DNA of 64,000 bases from Octopus vulgaris. Its lineage: Eukaryota. The notes under the pieces were generated by a model that saw only the letters and a program-made list of their open reading frames with translations, ran no database searches and had not been told where the DNA came from. This document shows, in pieces, positions 13,443 to 25,901 of this stretch. The stretch lies in NCBI GenBank assembly GCA_951406725.2, contig OX597818.1, forward strand, positions 21,514,001 to 21,578,000, read 5' to 3'. Position numbers and translations under genes: made by a program. How positions within the stretch are numbered: position 1 is the stretch's first letter; each line of letters opens with the position of its first letter.

Positions 13443-15008
13443 GGGAAAGTGAGGCAAGCAGAACTAAAATGATAAATGTATGAATACTCCGGTATTCATT
13501 CCCTTTCATTTCACGTTGTTAAGACCTATTTTGGAAAAGGATGAATGTAAGTCATAGCATTTTGTTTTTCTACCCTTAGAAACCTGAAGGTTTGTGCCTA
13601 TCCAAAAGAAATCAATACCTGTATTGGTGGACTTTCAGTTGTCCTACATAAGTCAAAGTTTATCTATCCCCTCCCCACAGGATTTCCTAAATTTTTTTAA
13701 TGTCGCGTATTTCAAAAAGTCTTAGAATCTTCTCATTCCCCGAAAAACCTGACTTATGTGGGATAGCTACTCCGAAAGTTCCCTAACTTCATGCTGCCCG
13801 TGGTGTGTCAAAATCGGTATGGCATCGGGTAAAAATTCTTGGAGGTGTTTCGTTATGTCTCTAGTTCAAATCCCGTCGACGTAGTTTTTAACTTATTCTT
13901 ATGAGGTCAATAAAAATGAAATCAAGTACTAAGGTTAATAAAATAGCTTGTTCTCTTGTGTACCAAAGTTAAAGGTGAATATTTGGTTACATCACTCCAC
14001 TATCTTTCGCAGATTAATTAAGTACATACCTTATAGGTACTTACCTTAATTCAATCGATTGTAACTCGTATGAATGAATATAATAATGCCTTGTGCTTGG
14101 TCAAAAAGCTAATCATGTTGAATCCCTTATAGCACACTTTTAAAGAATGAAATAATCTGTCAAGATATCGAAATTATTTTTAAAAATGAAGCACCTTAAG
14201 AATTTACCAAATCAAGACTTCAAAAATGTTTAAATAGTAGGGATCCATTTTAAAAGTAATATTTTATAACATTATTTTTCCAAATGAATTATATTTGTCA
14301 ACATTTTAAGAAAATAATTGATTACTACGTTTACCAGTAAAATTAATTTTTTTTCCAACCCTTAATCTTCTTCTATAAAGAAAAAACTTAGACACACGCA
14401 TGCTGATGTACTCATAAAAACGTATAGCTATGAAATTAAAGTCAAGTAAATAATTATATTTTCTTTCATATATAGATCTTAAATATTCTACAACAATTTG
14501 AAATATCAGTTTATTGTTTCAATTTTTACTGTTAGACCGAAGAAAAAAATAATTTTAGTTTTCATTCATTTTTGGAGTTTGGTTATTTTCTCTTGAAGTT
14601 AAACGCAATTGAAGCAAAATTTCTTTGGTTCTTAAATCACTGTTTTGAATTAACTAATATATGTATACGAGGTAGATAATTGAACATTTCGTGGTACTTG
14701 ATAATCAGGCAGAGCAAGTTGTCTATTTTGATAATACTCGTGGCTTACACGTACATAGTAATTAGTAAATTGATGTTAAAGCGGCATGCGTTTATAAAGA
14801 TAAGCTTCACTGTGTGTGAGTGTGCACCAGGAGGTCGCAAACTTCTGATATTGATTCTTTCATGGAATCGTTGATAAATTATCGACCCAAGTCATGTAAA
14901 TTCGTCAAGTTTTGTAATTTGCTTATTTCATAAGCACTGGTATAGGAACAAGGGTCAAACAGCCGTAAACTACCAATTTCTATCACGTCTTAGCGGAAGC
15001 AGAATAAA

Positions 15009-15335
15009 AATAATAATAATAATAATAATAATTGTGTATAGTGCTCAGGTGCACTACAACTCATCTAAAGTGTATATATAATCAGGTGTAGTTTCGGCGG
15101 ATTTCGGAAAGCATGAGGGCCTTAAAGGATGCAGTGTCATGGCAGTCAACAACTGACGCAGGCAATTTATTCCATGCTTCAGCAACTCTGAGCGTGAAAA
15201 AATGTTTCCGAAAGTCATGGGAGCTGTGTTGTTTTCTGACTTTGTAGGCATGTCCACGTGTGTTAGACACATGGAGATCAAAAAGGTGTTCAGTGTTGTT
15301 GTTGGTGAGGTGGTTGATAACTTTGTGGGATGGGT
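15009..15335 (-). mobile_element. CR1-clade LINE 3' end
   Basis: ORF2 C-terminus NTRGHAYKV...RKHFFTLRVAEAWNKLP...SFK is typical of CR1. Short 3' UTR ending in an (ATT)n tail at 15009-15032. Confidence 0.88.
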
Positions 15336-15396
15336 AATGTATGAGAATGGGTAATAACATCAACCGTGATCCTGTAGCAATGGAATCAACTGTTGA

Positions 15397-16790
15397 TTCT
15401 TTATTATCCACGAAGGGACTAAACAAAGAGGGGACAGTACATTACAAAGTGGGGTATAAATCGAATGAAAAATGAATGATTATATAATGAAAAAGATGAA
15501 ATGATGGTTACCCGGGTTCCACGACCCAGGTAACATCACTGAACATTTTTTACAACGTACATAAATTTTCAAAAAGTTATTTTCTTTTTTTTTCTTTGCT
15601 TGGTGAAGTCATTACGGTTTTAATCAATTCTTTTGTTTTTGTGGAATTTTCATTTGTCACTGTAGTTAATTGTTCTTGTGTGTTCGTGTTTGTGTATTCT
15701 TGTTTTTAACTTTTTTGTTTGTGGTAGGGAGAGAACGAGCGCTTTTCTTTCTCTTTCTCCCACCAACTTTCCATTCACCGTCACTTACGTCTGTAGACGT
15801 TGATGTTAACAGTGTGTCATCCTTTGTTGTGACCATTTCTCTCTCCACCATCACCTCCTCCTGCTGCTTCTCTTCCCCTGGGACACCCTCTTCAACTTTC
15901 TCCTGCTGCACACTGGCCTCTTGACTTTCTCCCTGTGCTTCAGGTTGTAAGGCCTGGGGTGCCCCTTCTATCCACACCCGACGCACTTTGGAATTCTGCC
16001 CTGTACGGTGACTTTTAACTTCGTTAAATGACGAATTCCAGTTTAACGTCAATGTCTGCTGGTGTGACTTGAATCGTTGCTCTTAAGTCACTGCCACACC
16101 AATTCTGGTCACTTCTCTCCTCAAACTCCCAAAGTGTCAGCTCCTCCTTTATGTTGGTGAAAGCAGCTGCCAGGAGCCATGTCGGTTTAATTTCCAGTGT
16201 GAACCCTTCTATTGTTATTTTTGTTGTTCTTTTGCTGACATAAGAGCCAGTTCACCCTGGCATCACTCTCAACTATAAACTAAGCCTCCACAGTACCATA
16301 TTTCTTTCTGTGTCTCACAAAAGCTAGCTTGACCATAAGCTTCAATGCCTTCTCTATCTCTTCTACGGATGCTATCCCTATCTTTATAGTCTTCAGTGAT
16401 AGTGTCCTGAAATCACCGTTTTCCTCTTCATTTCCTCAATTACTTCCTTGAGAGGAGTTCCCTGCCCTGAAGTATTGTTTGAAGTTTCTTTATGGCCTCC
16501 AGCTTGTTGTTATAACGTTTCAAACTCTTCTTGCAGTGGCCGCATATCCTTCAGTGCTTTCTCCTGAATTGCTGGTGTACTCCGAGTTTCTGTTGCTCTT
16601 TCAGAGCTTGTACATATCGTCTTCTATGTAGGCACAACCTACACAAAATGTGAACAATTCGCCCCTAAACAGGGGAAAACAACAGGAAACAGGCCTGTAA
16701 AGGCCAACAACGTGTCGCAAAACACTAACAGATCTCAAACAGTTTATCAACAAAGGTAGTCTCAAAAGAGAAAACCTGCATCAAAAATCA
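15397..16790 (-). mobile_element. Tx1/L1-like ORF1-only non-autonomous retroposon (decayed)
   Basis: Frameshifted ORF1: GTVEA...KRTTKITIEGFTLEIKPTWLLAAA, zinc-knuckle remnant VTVQGRIPKCVGCG*KGH (15959-15985), and DGEWKVGGRKRKK. Followed directly by a 3' tail, with no ORF2. Confidence 0.7.
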
Positions 16791-16849
16791 ATGGTAATTC
16801 AACACCAATAGACTTCTGATGATAAATATATAACTGACTGTAACACATG

Positions 16850-17005
16850 ATGGAATCAACTGTTGATTTTTTATTATCCACAAAGGGACTAAACAAAGAG
16901 GAGACAGTACAGGATATTACAAAGTGGGGTAAAAATCGAATGAAAATTGAATTATATAATGAAAGAGATGAAATGATGGTTACCTGGGCCCCATGACCCA
17001 TGTCC
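16850..17005 (-). repeat. Second copy of the 3' tail of the 15.4-16.8 kb element
   Basis: ~155-bp direct repeat of ~15380-15535, including the flanking tggaatcaactgttgatt. Confidence 0.85.
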
Positions 17006-17559
17006 CCATTTATTTTAATCACAATATATATAAGAAAAAATAGACAAGTCTACATAAAACTCATGCCACGTGACTGGCGATTTTAATTATTTAAACAAAA
17101 ATGCGGCATTTGTTATATGTTCATTAGGAGTTCAATATACAACACTTGCAATAAGAAAGTTGGTTTGGTGGATTACTTTTTCTGCCTGATCACCAGGATG
17201 CATCAAGCTCTTTTGTACATTTTTGCATGAGTTGCAAGGGATGTAATTGGACTATGAATTGAAGACAATGAGTAAATTGCCAACGCAGTTCATGAAAGTC
17301 CAATCTAGTGAATACATTCCCAAAGACCATCCTTATTTCTGGTTGCTGTCAAATTATCTTTTGTATTTCACAAGTCAGAAATGAAGGTAGTCACATCTTG
17401 TGACATGTTTGGAACCAGAACTCAAGAGAAATTTTACTGAGCATTTGTTGAATACCCAAATGTATATCATGACTGGTTCTTTACATAGCTCATCTTTAAT
17501 ATTTGTCGTGTGTGGGAAATGAAAAGAGGTTTACCTGCCTTCCTCTTTCATCTGCTCCC

Positions 17560-20160
17560 ATCTAGTTGTAGTCATTCTGGCAATCCTGCCCTACCCTGTC
17601 ACTCCGTATAAGCAACTGCTATTTCACCAATCCGAGAGCCGGCCAAAAGAGGATGACCCTGTCCTGTCTCCCTGCACGTCTCTTATGCTTCCTCTTCTGG
17701 TCAGTTCCTTGACCATTGATATCATGGCCCTCTTCTTCTGGCTCATCCACACATTCCCCCCTGATCTCAAAGATCACCTCCTCACTTCACTCCATGTTGA
17801 AGTCTATCACTCACCCAGGTGGGTGCATTGCACGTTGTGATCTTCTTAAACTGGGAACCTCATTCTCTTCCTCTTCTCCACAATCATCAGCCGATGAAGT
17901 GACAATCCTATGAACATCCAAGACATGATGTGGCATTCCATCCACAGAAATGTTGTTTTTAGAATTGATAGCTGTCACATTTCCTCTGTTCCACTGAGTT
18001 GTGCAGTGAGCCTTTGGTGGCTTGACCCAGACTTCATCGCCACGAAGTCAGGCCCTCTCTCATCTACAGGGCATCTCAATAGTTTACTCAGATGCCGCCA
18101 TTCATATTTGAATATTGCTCTATGTGGCATGGATTCTTCAGCCTATGTGGCATGGATTCTTCTGGCGGTGAGACATGTCCCCTCTCTGCCATAGCTTTGA
18201 TCATTCGATGATGTCTCTCCACGATCCCATTTCCACTCGGCTTGTATGCTGCTCTGAAAAAGTGGTGCATTTTCCACCTGTCAAGCATCTCCTTCAGCGC
18301 CTCTGAACGAAATGCTGTGCTGTTGTCCATCAGCAATTCATCCACAGGGCTCCGCTCTAAGAATATCTCATTTAAAATACATGCCATCTCGTCCGCAGCG
18401 TCCCCAATTCCCTCCAAATGGCCACCTGGCCCGGCCTACAGTCAACCATCGAGAGATACGTCCCTTGCCAGTAGTGTGTTACATCCACTGCTAATTGTAT
18501 CCAGTTGTGCTCTACTGAAATGTTTCCCTGCTCATGCAAACCTGGAGCAGGGTCGATGGATTGACACCTGTTGCAGTTTCCAACCACCTTCTGGATGCTG
18601 CATCTGGTAACATCGGTGTCAATCCTCCTGGCAAGATACAGGGTCCTATCCACACCCATATGATGCATGACATTCTGTCTCCTTAGCTCAGAGTCATTTA
18701 ACTGACACACCACAGCTACCCCTTGCTTTGATTCTTCCAGTTCCCCTAACCAGGCCTTTATTTACTCTGGTTAGAGCATCTGCCTTGTTTCTCTCTGAAG
18801 GCACAAAGACCACATTCAGCTTCAGGCCAAACTCATCAATCAGCTCCCCTAGAATCCCTAGGTGGCACTTCATTAGCAATTCCGCAGCTCCTTTGGTTTG
18901 CACCCTCTTCTCGTCGGTGATTACCGATCCTACCCAGCCAAGCACAGTAGCCAAATCTGTCCTCATTTTAATGGAGTGCAGCCCCCATTTCAGGGACAAA
19001 TTCATTCTCTTCAGCACTGCGTCCAACTCGGTGACATTGATGTGGTTGTAGTCATTGGCTTTTCAAATCCAGGTGGCATACTCCACTTCAGTACCTTCAA
19101 TTTCCAACATGACGCCTATCGCAATGCTGCTAACATCACACTGTATGTTCGTGCTATCTGATTTGGGCACATGCCAGTTCCCTCTGACTGGGTCTTCCGC
19201 TCTCGTCCTCTCCAGGATTTCTTGCATCATCGCCACTGTCCCCTCTCCCATCTTGTCACTCTAGTTCTTCCCTTCTGCTTGTCTCTTGGTGTAACTGCAT
19301 GCCGTATGCAGCCACTCCATGATCGAGTAGTGACCTACTAACTTCCTGCACATTGAGAACAGTTCTCTCTTGCTGATGTTGGTACCCAGCTCTGGGTTCT
19401 TATTCTACGAAACACCAACTCACCTGTTCTGTCTCACTGAAGCTTAAGCCCCAGTGCAGCTCTTCCAGCCATAGGCTCTGGTGGCATCGCAATCAACCCG
19501 AATTTCTTCAGATGTCTTACAACCTCTGTGGCAGGCACTACAGTCTCGTCCACTAGAATATCATCTATGTAGGAACTTAAGAACTGGTGGCTCTTCTTAT
19601 CCTATCCACCTTTCCCATGGTGGATTTGAGCACTGTCGCCATGATCTTTGGCGCAGAATTCAGTGCAAAACCCAGCCTTATCAGACAATATGTCTGGCCC
19701 TTGTATCGCACCAGTTGGTACTGCCACAGTTTGTCACTCACATGGAGCTGCAAATATGCTGACTTCAAGTCGACAATTGTTGCTACCTTAGTTGACTGCC
19801 TCCATACATGCAGCATCTCATTGCAGATGTTGGCCACCTCGCCTCCTGTGTGGCATGATACATGGCTGATCAGCTCCCAATGGTCCAGTACTGGTCTAAC
19901 TTTGCCCTTTGTTGGCTGCACCACTGCCATTAGAGGTAGCACTCTGCTCACCATCTCCTCTTTCCACAGGATAAGGACATTTTCCTTAATCCACTTCTCT
20001 ACCTCTTCAAACTGGCTCCTGGCATGCCCTTTCAGAGTATGCTGGTAGCAACTCACCTTGTTCTTCAGTGTCAGAGGTCCCTCGAAAATCCTTGCTGCTT
20101 GAAAATCCTTGTCTTCAATGGCGTAGGCAGTGCAGCTCCTTGCAGGGCTCTGCTCCTGTT
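17560..20160 (-). mobile_element. Decayed Ty3/Gypsy-type pol (RT-RNase H-integrase), no LTRs seen
   Basis: RT: VDLKSAYLQ, RLGFALNSAP, YIDD (19560-19571). RNase H: CDVSS, HINVTELDAV. Integrase: HHCC (HHMGV...CNRC), LAVDVTH, LLMDNSTAF, GNGIVERHH. Many frameshifts. Confidence 0.93.
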
Positions 20161-20389
20161 CACATTTCTGGCTATTTTTATCTTAACCTTTTTTTTTCAA
20201 TTTTAGAAAGTTTAAGAATCAACTTCTTTAGTGAGAACCAATTAAAGGTATATTCATTGTTTATGGATGAGAATCTAGTCAGGGATGAATTAATTCGTAA
20301 ACATGGGGTCTGCCTGTGTATATGTACTTGAAAAGATGCATCAGCTAAGTAAAAATTGTTGTCATCCATACATACAGGCTTGTCCTTTA

Positions 20390-20625
20390 CAGGTGCCAGT
20401 GCCACATAAAAAGCACTTGTGCCAGTGCCACATAAAAAGCACTTGTGCCAGTGGAATGTAAAAAGCACCCAACACACTCTATAAAGTGGTTGTCATTAGG
20501 AAGGGCATCCAGCCAAAGAAACCATGCCACAACAGATAATTGAAGTCTGGACAGCTCCCTGGCTGGTCAACTCTTGTCAAGCCATCCAACCCATGCCAGC
20601 ATGGAAAATGGACATTAAATGATGT
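20390..20625 (+). mobile_element. RTE-type 3' tail fragment
   Basis: gtgccacataaaaagcac units, then ttaggaagggcatccagc...aacccatgccagcatggaaaatggacattaaatgatg. Confidence 0.8.
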
Positions 20626-21189
20626 TATATACTATTTTGTGAAGGTACATAGCTTTGTGGCTTTGATTCCCAGACCAGGCATTGCATTGTGAGCAAAACA
20701 CTTCATTTCACATTGCTCTGTAATCTTTTCATCATTTAACATGTGGCATGTGGTGCATCTGTACAGGTAATGTCAGTTTGATGGAGGGAGTGGAGCTTAT
20801 GTGAACACAAACATTTAATCACTATAAACAAATCATCTGTGTGGTTGTTCAACCAGAAAGTGGAGAACATTCATACATCGTTTAATAAAAAGCTGAAAAA
20901 AAAAAAATCGTAAACTATTACTCAGAATTTCATGTGATCATTTGTCACACAGTTGCGACAGGAATCATGCATTATGGGAATAATGCATTCTTGAAAATTG
21001 GCTGCGACATAAAATAAATTTTCTGACAATTTTCATGTTACAAAGTGATGATGCATTCTGACAGATTTTTATGAAAAAAAGAAGTCAAAATTAAGCAAAA
21101 CTACCATTTTTATGTATGAACAAATTTTTACACACACAACACAGTGTACATAAGAAAATATTTGAAGAGAAATATATTTTGGAATAAAT

Positions 21190-21945
21190 AAGAATTATAA
21201 TATTGTAAATTGTTCAATGAAATATATTGACCATTGTGAGAGGAATGGTGATAGTGGAGAGTTACTGGGATGATGAAAGGTGCTATCTTCTATCTTATAG
21301 TTCATCATTAACATCCATGGAGCAAAGACTTTTTTCAAAATTGTTTGATCTTTATGGTGCATCATCTCTTTGTACAGCTCAGTGTAAGAACAGCTCGTTA
21401 TAAACTTTTTGTAATTTTTTATTACATTCATGATTATGGTTGCTGTGAGCAAATATTTGCAGACCTTCTTCAATAAGGGTCAGACCCTTAACAAAATACT
21501 TTGCAGTCGATTTAAGTGTAGTTGATGGAATTTTTATCTTTTAACCCTTGTTCTCAGCTTGTTTTTGTTAACAGTATACATTCCTTATATATGCTTTCTC
21601 TGTGGACAACCATATCATTTTCTCAATACATCATCCTCTTTGACTTCTTCGCACCCTATAGCATTTGCAAGTGTCACAATATAATTCCAAATTTTTTGAG
21701 TTTCTGCTTGTGGAAAACTTGCAAATTAAAAAAAAAATTTTGGCTATATATTTTCCCAAGTACCATTCAAAGATGAGGGTTTCACTTTGTTCCATGATTT
21801 AGCTGTGTTGTTTGCAGCATCGATTATGTTGAACTTCTTCCAGAAGTCTCAAACTGAAGGTTTATCCTCTCTATCAATTGCTTTCATAAGTTCTTTAAAA
21901 CAGTTTTTTAGATGATATGTAAAATTTTTTAATCCCAACTCCCTT
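21190..21945 (-). mobile_element. Tigger/pogo (DDE_1) transposase C-terminal relic
   Basis: Minus translation YHLKNCFKELMKAIDREDKPSV*DFWKKFNIIDAANNTAKSWNKVKPSSLNGTWENI*P matches the Tigger1-like region after the DDE domain. Confidence 0.8.
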
Positions 21946-24301
21946 ATATCTATGTATATATATATAAACAATAGATGTCTTTTGGAATTACTTATATATA
22001 TTGTGACTTGTATTTCAGAACTGTATGACATGTGTTTACTTATTTTTACCATGTTTTTAAATAAAACCCCCACCAAGTCACAATCATAGTTTTCGTTTTT
22101 TATATGACACGTAAAAATTACTATGTAAACATTTTATATGAACGCTATAAAATTTACCTTCATTCAAAACCAAATAATGGTACATTTTATTGCATTCATA
22201 AATGAGAAGTGTGTGCGTTCAAGTTCATTGATGTGGACATGGTTCCCTTATTGTATTTATAAAGTAGGCTTAGATATTTATGAATGTAACACGCACCTCT
22301 TTTGGTGACTGTTTATACATGCCTGAATGGATAAATTTCTGAATGAACATATTTGTAAAGATTTTTACTTGTGAACATGAATGAGTCATGAGTAAAAGTT
22401 TACTAGTTAATAGTAATCTTTATCACTCAGAATCAAATATGATACCCCTTTGAACAGTCATCTAGATATTCAGAAATCAACCTATTGGTAATGAATGTAA
22501 AGATTGTGTATCTAATGGTGTGTATTGCAATAATGAATACTGTTCCATCCTGAGGCAGTTCTCTTTTTCTATGATGAAGATAGAGGTAAATTGTTAGGTC
22601 TTACCAAGGTGAGGATTCAATGCCTTGCATCCTCTTCCTTTCATTAATCTTATAATTTTTTTAAAGCAAAGGATTAGATAGGTACTATTTGTCAGCCCCA
22701 ACTTAAGCAATATCTAACCTTAAAATAACTTTTTCACTGCTGATGGTGACTTCTATTAAGTCACTGCTGAAGATTTCATGGAACCTGTATGCTACAAACA
22801 GCAACTAAATCTCTCTCGTGTTATACCTACCAACTTAGAAAAAGAAAGCTATACAAGTATGGTAAAGGGACCCAATAGCTATGACTGGAACACTTCTGAA
22901 CATAGATCCACTCAGTCAGAGCTGACCTGGACTAAATATGCAAAGTAAGACAAGTTAGTTTGGCAGAGCTCATCTCTCTCCAAGTTATCCTCTCCAAGTA
23001 TTGCAAGTTCACGAAACATTCATTAGTTTTATGATACTGTAGCTACCTACCTCAATGAGCTGTAACACCTTGTGGTACTACCTTTTTGCAGATTGCAGTC
23101 TGATGGACACCAACCTGCACACTAATTAGCTCTGATCAATCAGGACTGATAAAGAGATAAACAATAACTTATTTGCAGTTAGATGAAGTGGACTCTTGAA
23201 TGAATATTAAGTATCTTGGCTATGGACACAGTGCAATACCACTGATAAGGAAACCAGTAGGTTGTATCCTATTTAAATAGAGAATATTGTAATCGGTGAT
23301 CATCAACATTAAATGGAATCCTCTTTTGCTGTCATCACGATTGAATTAAAACAACAGGGCTAATTTGAGCACAAAGATCAGTGAAGTGTAACTTATTTTT
23401 ACATGTTTACAAGTATGTAGACTGGTCCTTGAGCATTGTCTAGGGGGGTAAATACATGAATTGTGTTTTTTCTCATAGGAGGATGAACCTCATCGACTTG
23501 GTCACTTAGCTATTGTATAGTTTTTTACAAACTAAATATTATTATGTGCATTCTGTTTGAAGTAGACAGAAATTGTGCATTTATGTATAAATGAAATTAC
23601 ACCAGACATGTAGCATCACTGTTGCAAATTTCTCTGACATAACCCTTAATTTAAAGAATTCTAGGATCTGCAGCTATTAGAAATGAAAACAGTCACTTAA
23701 ATACATCCATAACTTATTAAATCATCTCAGAAATATAACTAACAATATTGTCAAAAGCACGTAATTTAGAATCTCAAAACTTTCTGCAAACCAACAAATA
23801 TTTTTTGAAGATAAAATATATTGAAGAAAACAAGAAAGTTATTAACAGTTGTCAAAATAGGAAATTTGGTATTATTCCATATTCAAGAAAGGAATTATGA
23901 CTCTAGTAGCTCAACTCTCCAAATTAATCTTTAAGCATTTCTACTCACTCCATAAATATGATAAAATATTTAATAAAGTACTGTAAATTGTCTTACTAAA
24001 TTGTTCAAATACTTGCTTTACAAATATCTCTGAAATGAACAAATCAAACTAACTAAATGCAATTGTTATAATCAAATGAATTGTTCAGTTGACTCTAAAT
24101 AGCTAGAGAAAGATTTAATATATGAATGCATAATAAAATCCCACAGCTCAGCAAGACATACATACATTTTAGAAATCCATAAGTCATAAAAAATATACAC
24201 TCATATATTTGTTGATAGAGCGGGCATATTAACCAAGGTATACATTACTGTAGTTCCATTACAGCCTGACTGTAATAGATCTTTAATGCTGTTTATTTTG
24301 A

Positions 24302-24332
<31 letters not shown>

Positions 24333-25448
24333 GCTACAACAAATGTACTCTTATATTTTATAACACTAAGAGAAGCAAATTCATTTCATTATCCTCTCTT
24401 ATATGTGAGCTTTGACTGTATGATAGAAAATGTAACATCATCAACAGAGCAAAATCTTATGGTAATAGAAGACCTTGTTTATATGCAGTATTAACAAAAT
24501 GTTATTTGCACAAAAACGCTCTCATTAATGAAAACTCAAAATGAATTACAGTGTGTTGACCCAAAATATATAAAAGAAATGTTTCATCTCCATGGTATAT
24601 TCAAACATATAACCGCCATACTAAAAACATTTCAACTCTATTACTCTTGATTTAGTTTTCTTCCATCACTATTTTCATCAAATATGCTGAGATCTAGTAA
24701 GACTGAAACAGTACTTGCTGAAATGATTTGTTATTGAGCTGATATTTTTCTTTTTCTTATCACATAAGTATTTCTAATTATGCTCACTATGTTAGCACTA
24801 ACTTTTTCTTTTAATTTTTTTCTTTTGCTGATGGTATATTTGAGTCAAGTAATCTTAGAAATTTAATTTTCAAATCACATTACATATGTACAATATTGTA
24901 TACATCTTTCTTTAGGGATCACTGCTTTGGCAAGAATAATGAAGTCTGTGTTTTGCATTATTGTTTCTGTTTAGATTTTGTTGTTGCCACATTAAATGTG
25001 TCTATACTGATCTAGCCATCTGTTGATAGATTAAGTTCAAATTAGTTGCATGCCTCTTGTTGCATTTCTGAGCAGAAAATTTGAGTCGATATAATTCTAA
25101 TAACTGTCAAGAACAAAGAACTGATGATATGGAAATATTACTTGAACTAGAACAGTATCTTTTCATTGCATGGAGTAGGGGGTAGTTATCTGCCAGCTTC
25201 TTAATACTGTGAAATCTATATTAATCATTAACTATCCCTTAAAAACCTACTTCATCTTTTTATTTTAATTAAAAAAAATTTTTTTTGAGGTGCAGACATG
25301 GCAGTGTGGTAAGAAGTTGACTTCTCTGCCACGTAGTATCAGGTTTAGTCCCATTGCATAGCACCTTGGGCACCAGTTTTCTGCTATAGCTTTAGGCTGA
25401 CCGAAGTCTCGTGACTGAGTTTGGTAGATAGAAACTGAAAGAAACCCG

Positions 25449-25485
<37 letters not shown>

Positions 25486-25669
25486 TTTAGAGGGATAATT
25501 ATCCAGGTGGATACCATATTAGCTTTCAGTTAAGTTCCAGTTTTGGCTAACCACAACGATCAGTATTTAACATATGTGACTACAATTAGTTGTTAGACAC
25601 TCCATGAATTCTTCTGATGAGCAATTCTATGTACTCTTCACTGGATGATAAAATCTGTCTGGAGTATAT

Positions 25670-25901
25670 ATTAATATTAATAATGATAAAGAGTATGGAG
25701 ACTTGTACATCCACAAAATTTAGACCAAATGGACGGACCTTAATGAAGCTACATCAACAATATTGCAAGGTTGCATTTGCAACAGTGAGTAGTTGCTGCA
25801 GTGGAAACACGTGTAGGTCATTATAATATGCTGTATATAATTATAAAATAAATTTTGTGGGTATACAGATCTCCATACTCTTTATTATTATTGATATTAA
25901 T
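25670..25901. mobile_element. Element with 53-bp inverted arms enclosing a hammerhead-like motif (Penelope-like pLTR relic or MITE)
   Basis: Arms 25670-25722 and 25849-25901 match at 47/53, and all mismatches are transitions. Confidence 0.7.
25736..25819 (+). ncRNA. Degenerate type I hammerhead ribozyme (Penelope-like)
   Basis: Stem I gacc/ggtc; core ttaatga (vs CUGAUGA); stem II gctacatcaac/gttgctgcagt; GAAA; palindromic stem III acacgtgt; GUA site at 25813-25815. Confidence 0.55.

Larger units (their letters stand above)
6700..16700. promoter_or_regulatory. CpG-retaining (probably unmethylated) intergenic or promoter domain
   Basis: CpG is visibly frequent in both unique and repeat DNA here, and depleted (TG/CA) in most homologous repeats outside. 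Boundaries judged by eye. Confidence 0.5.
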
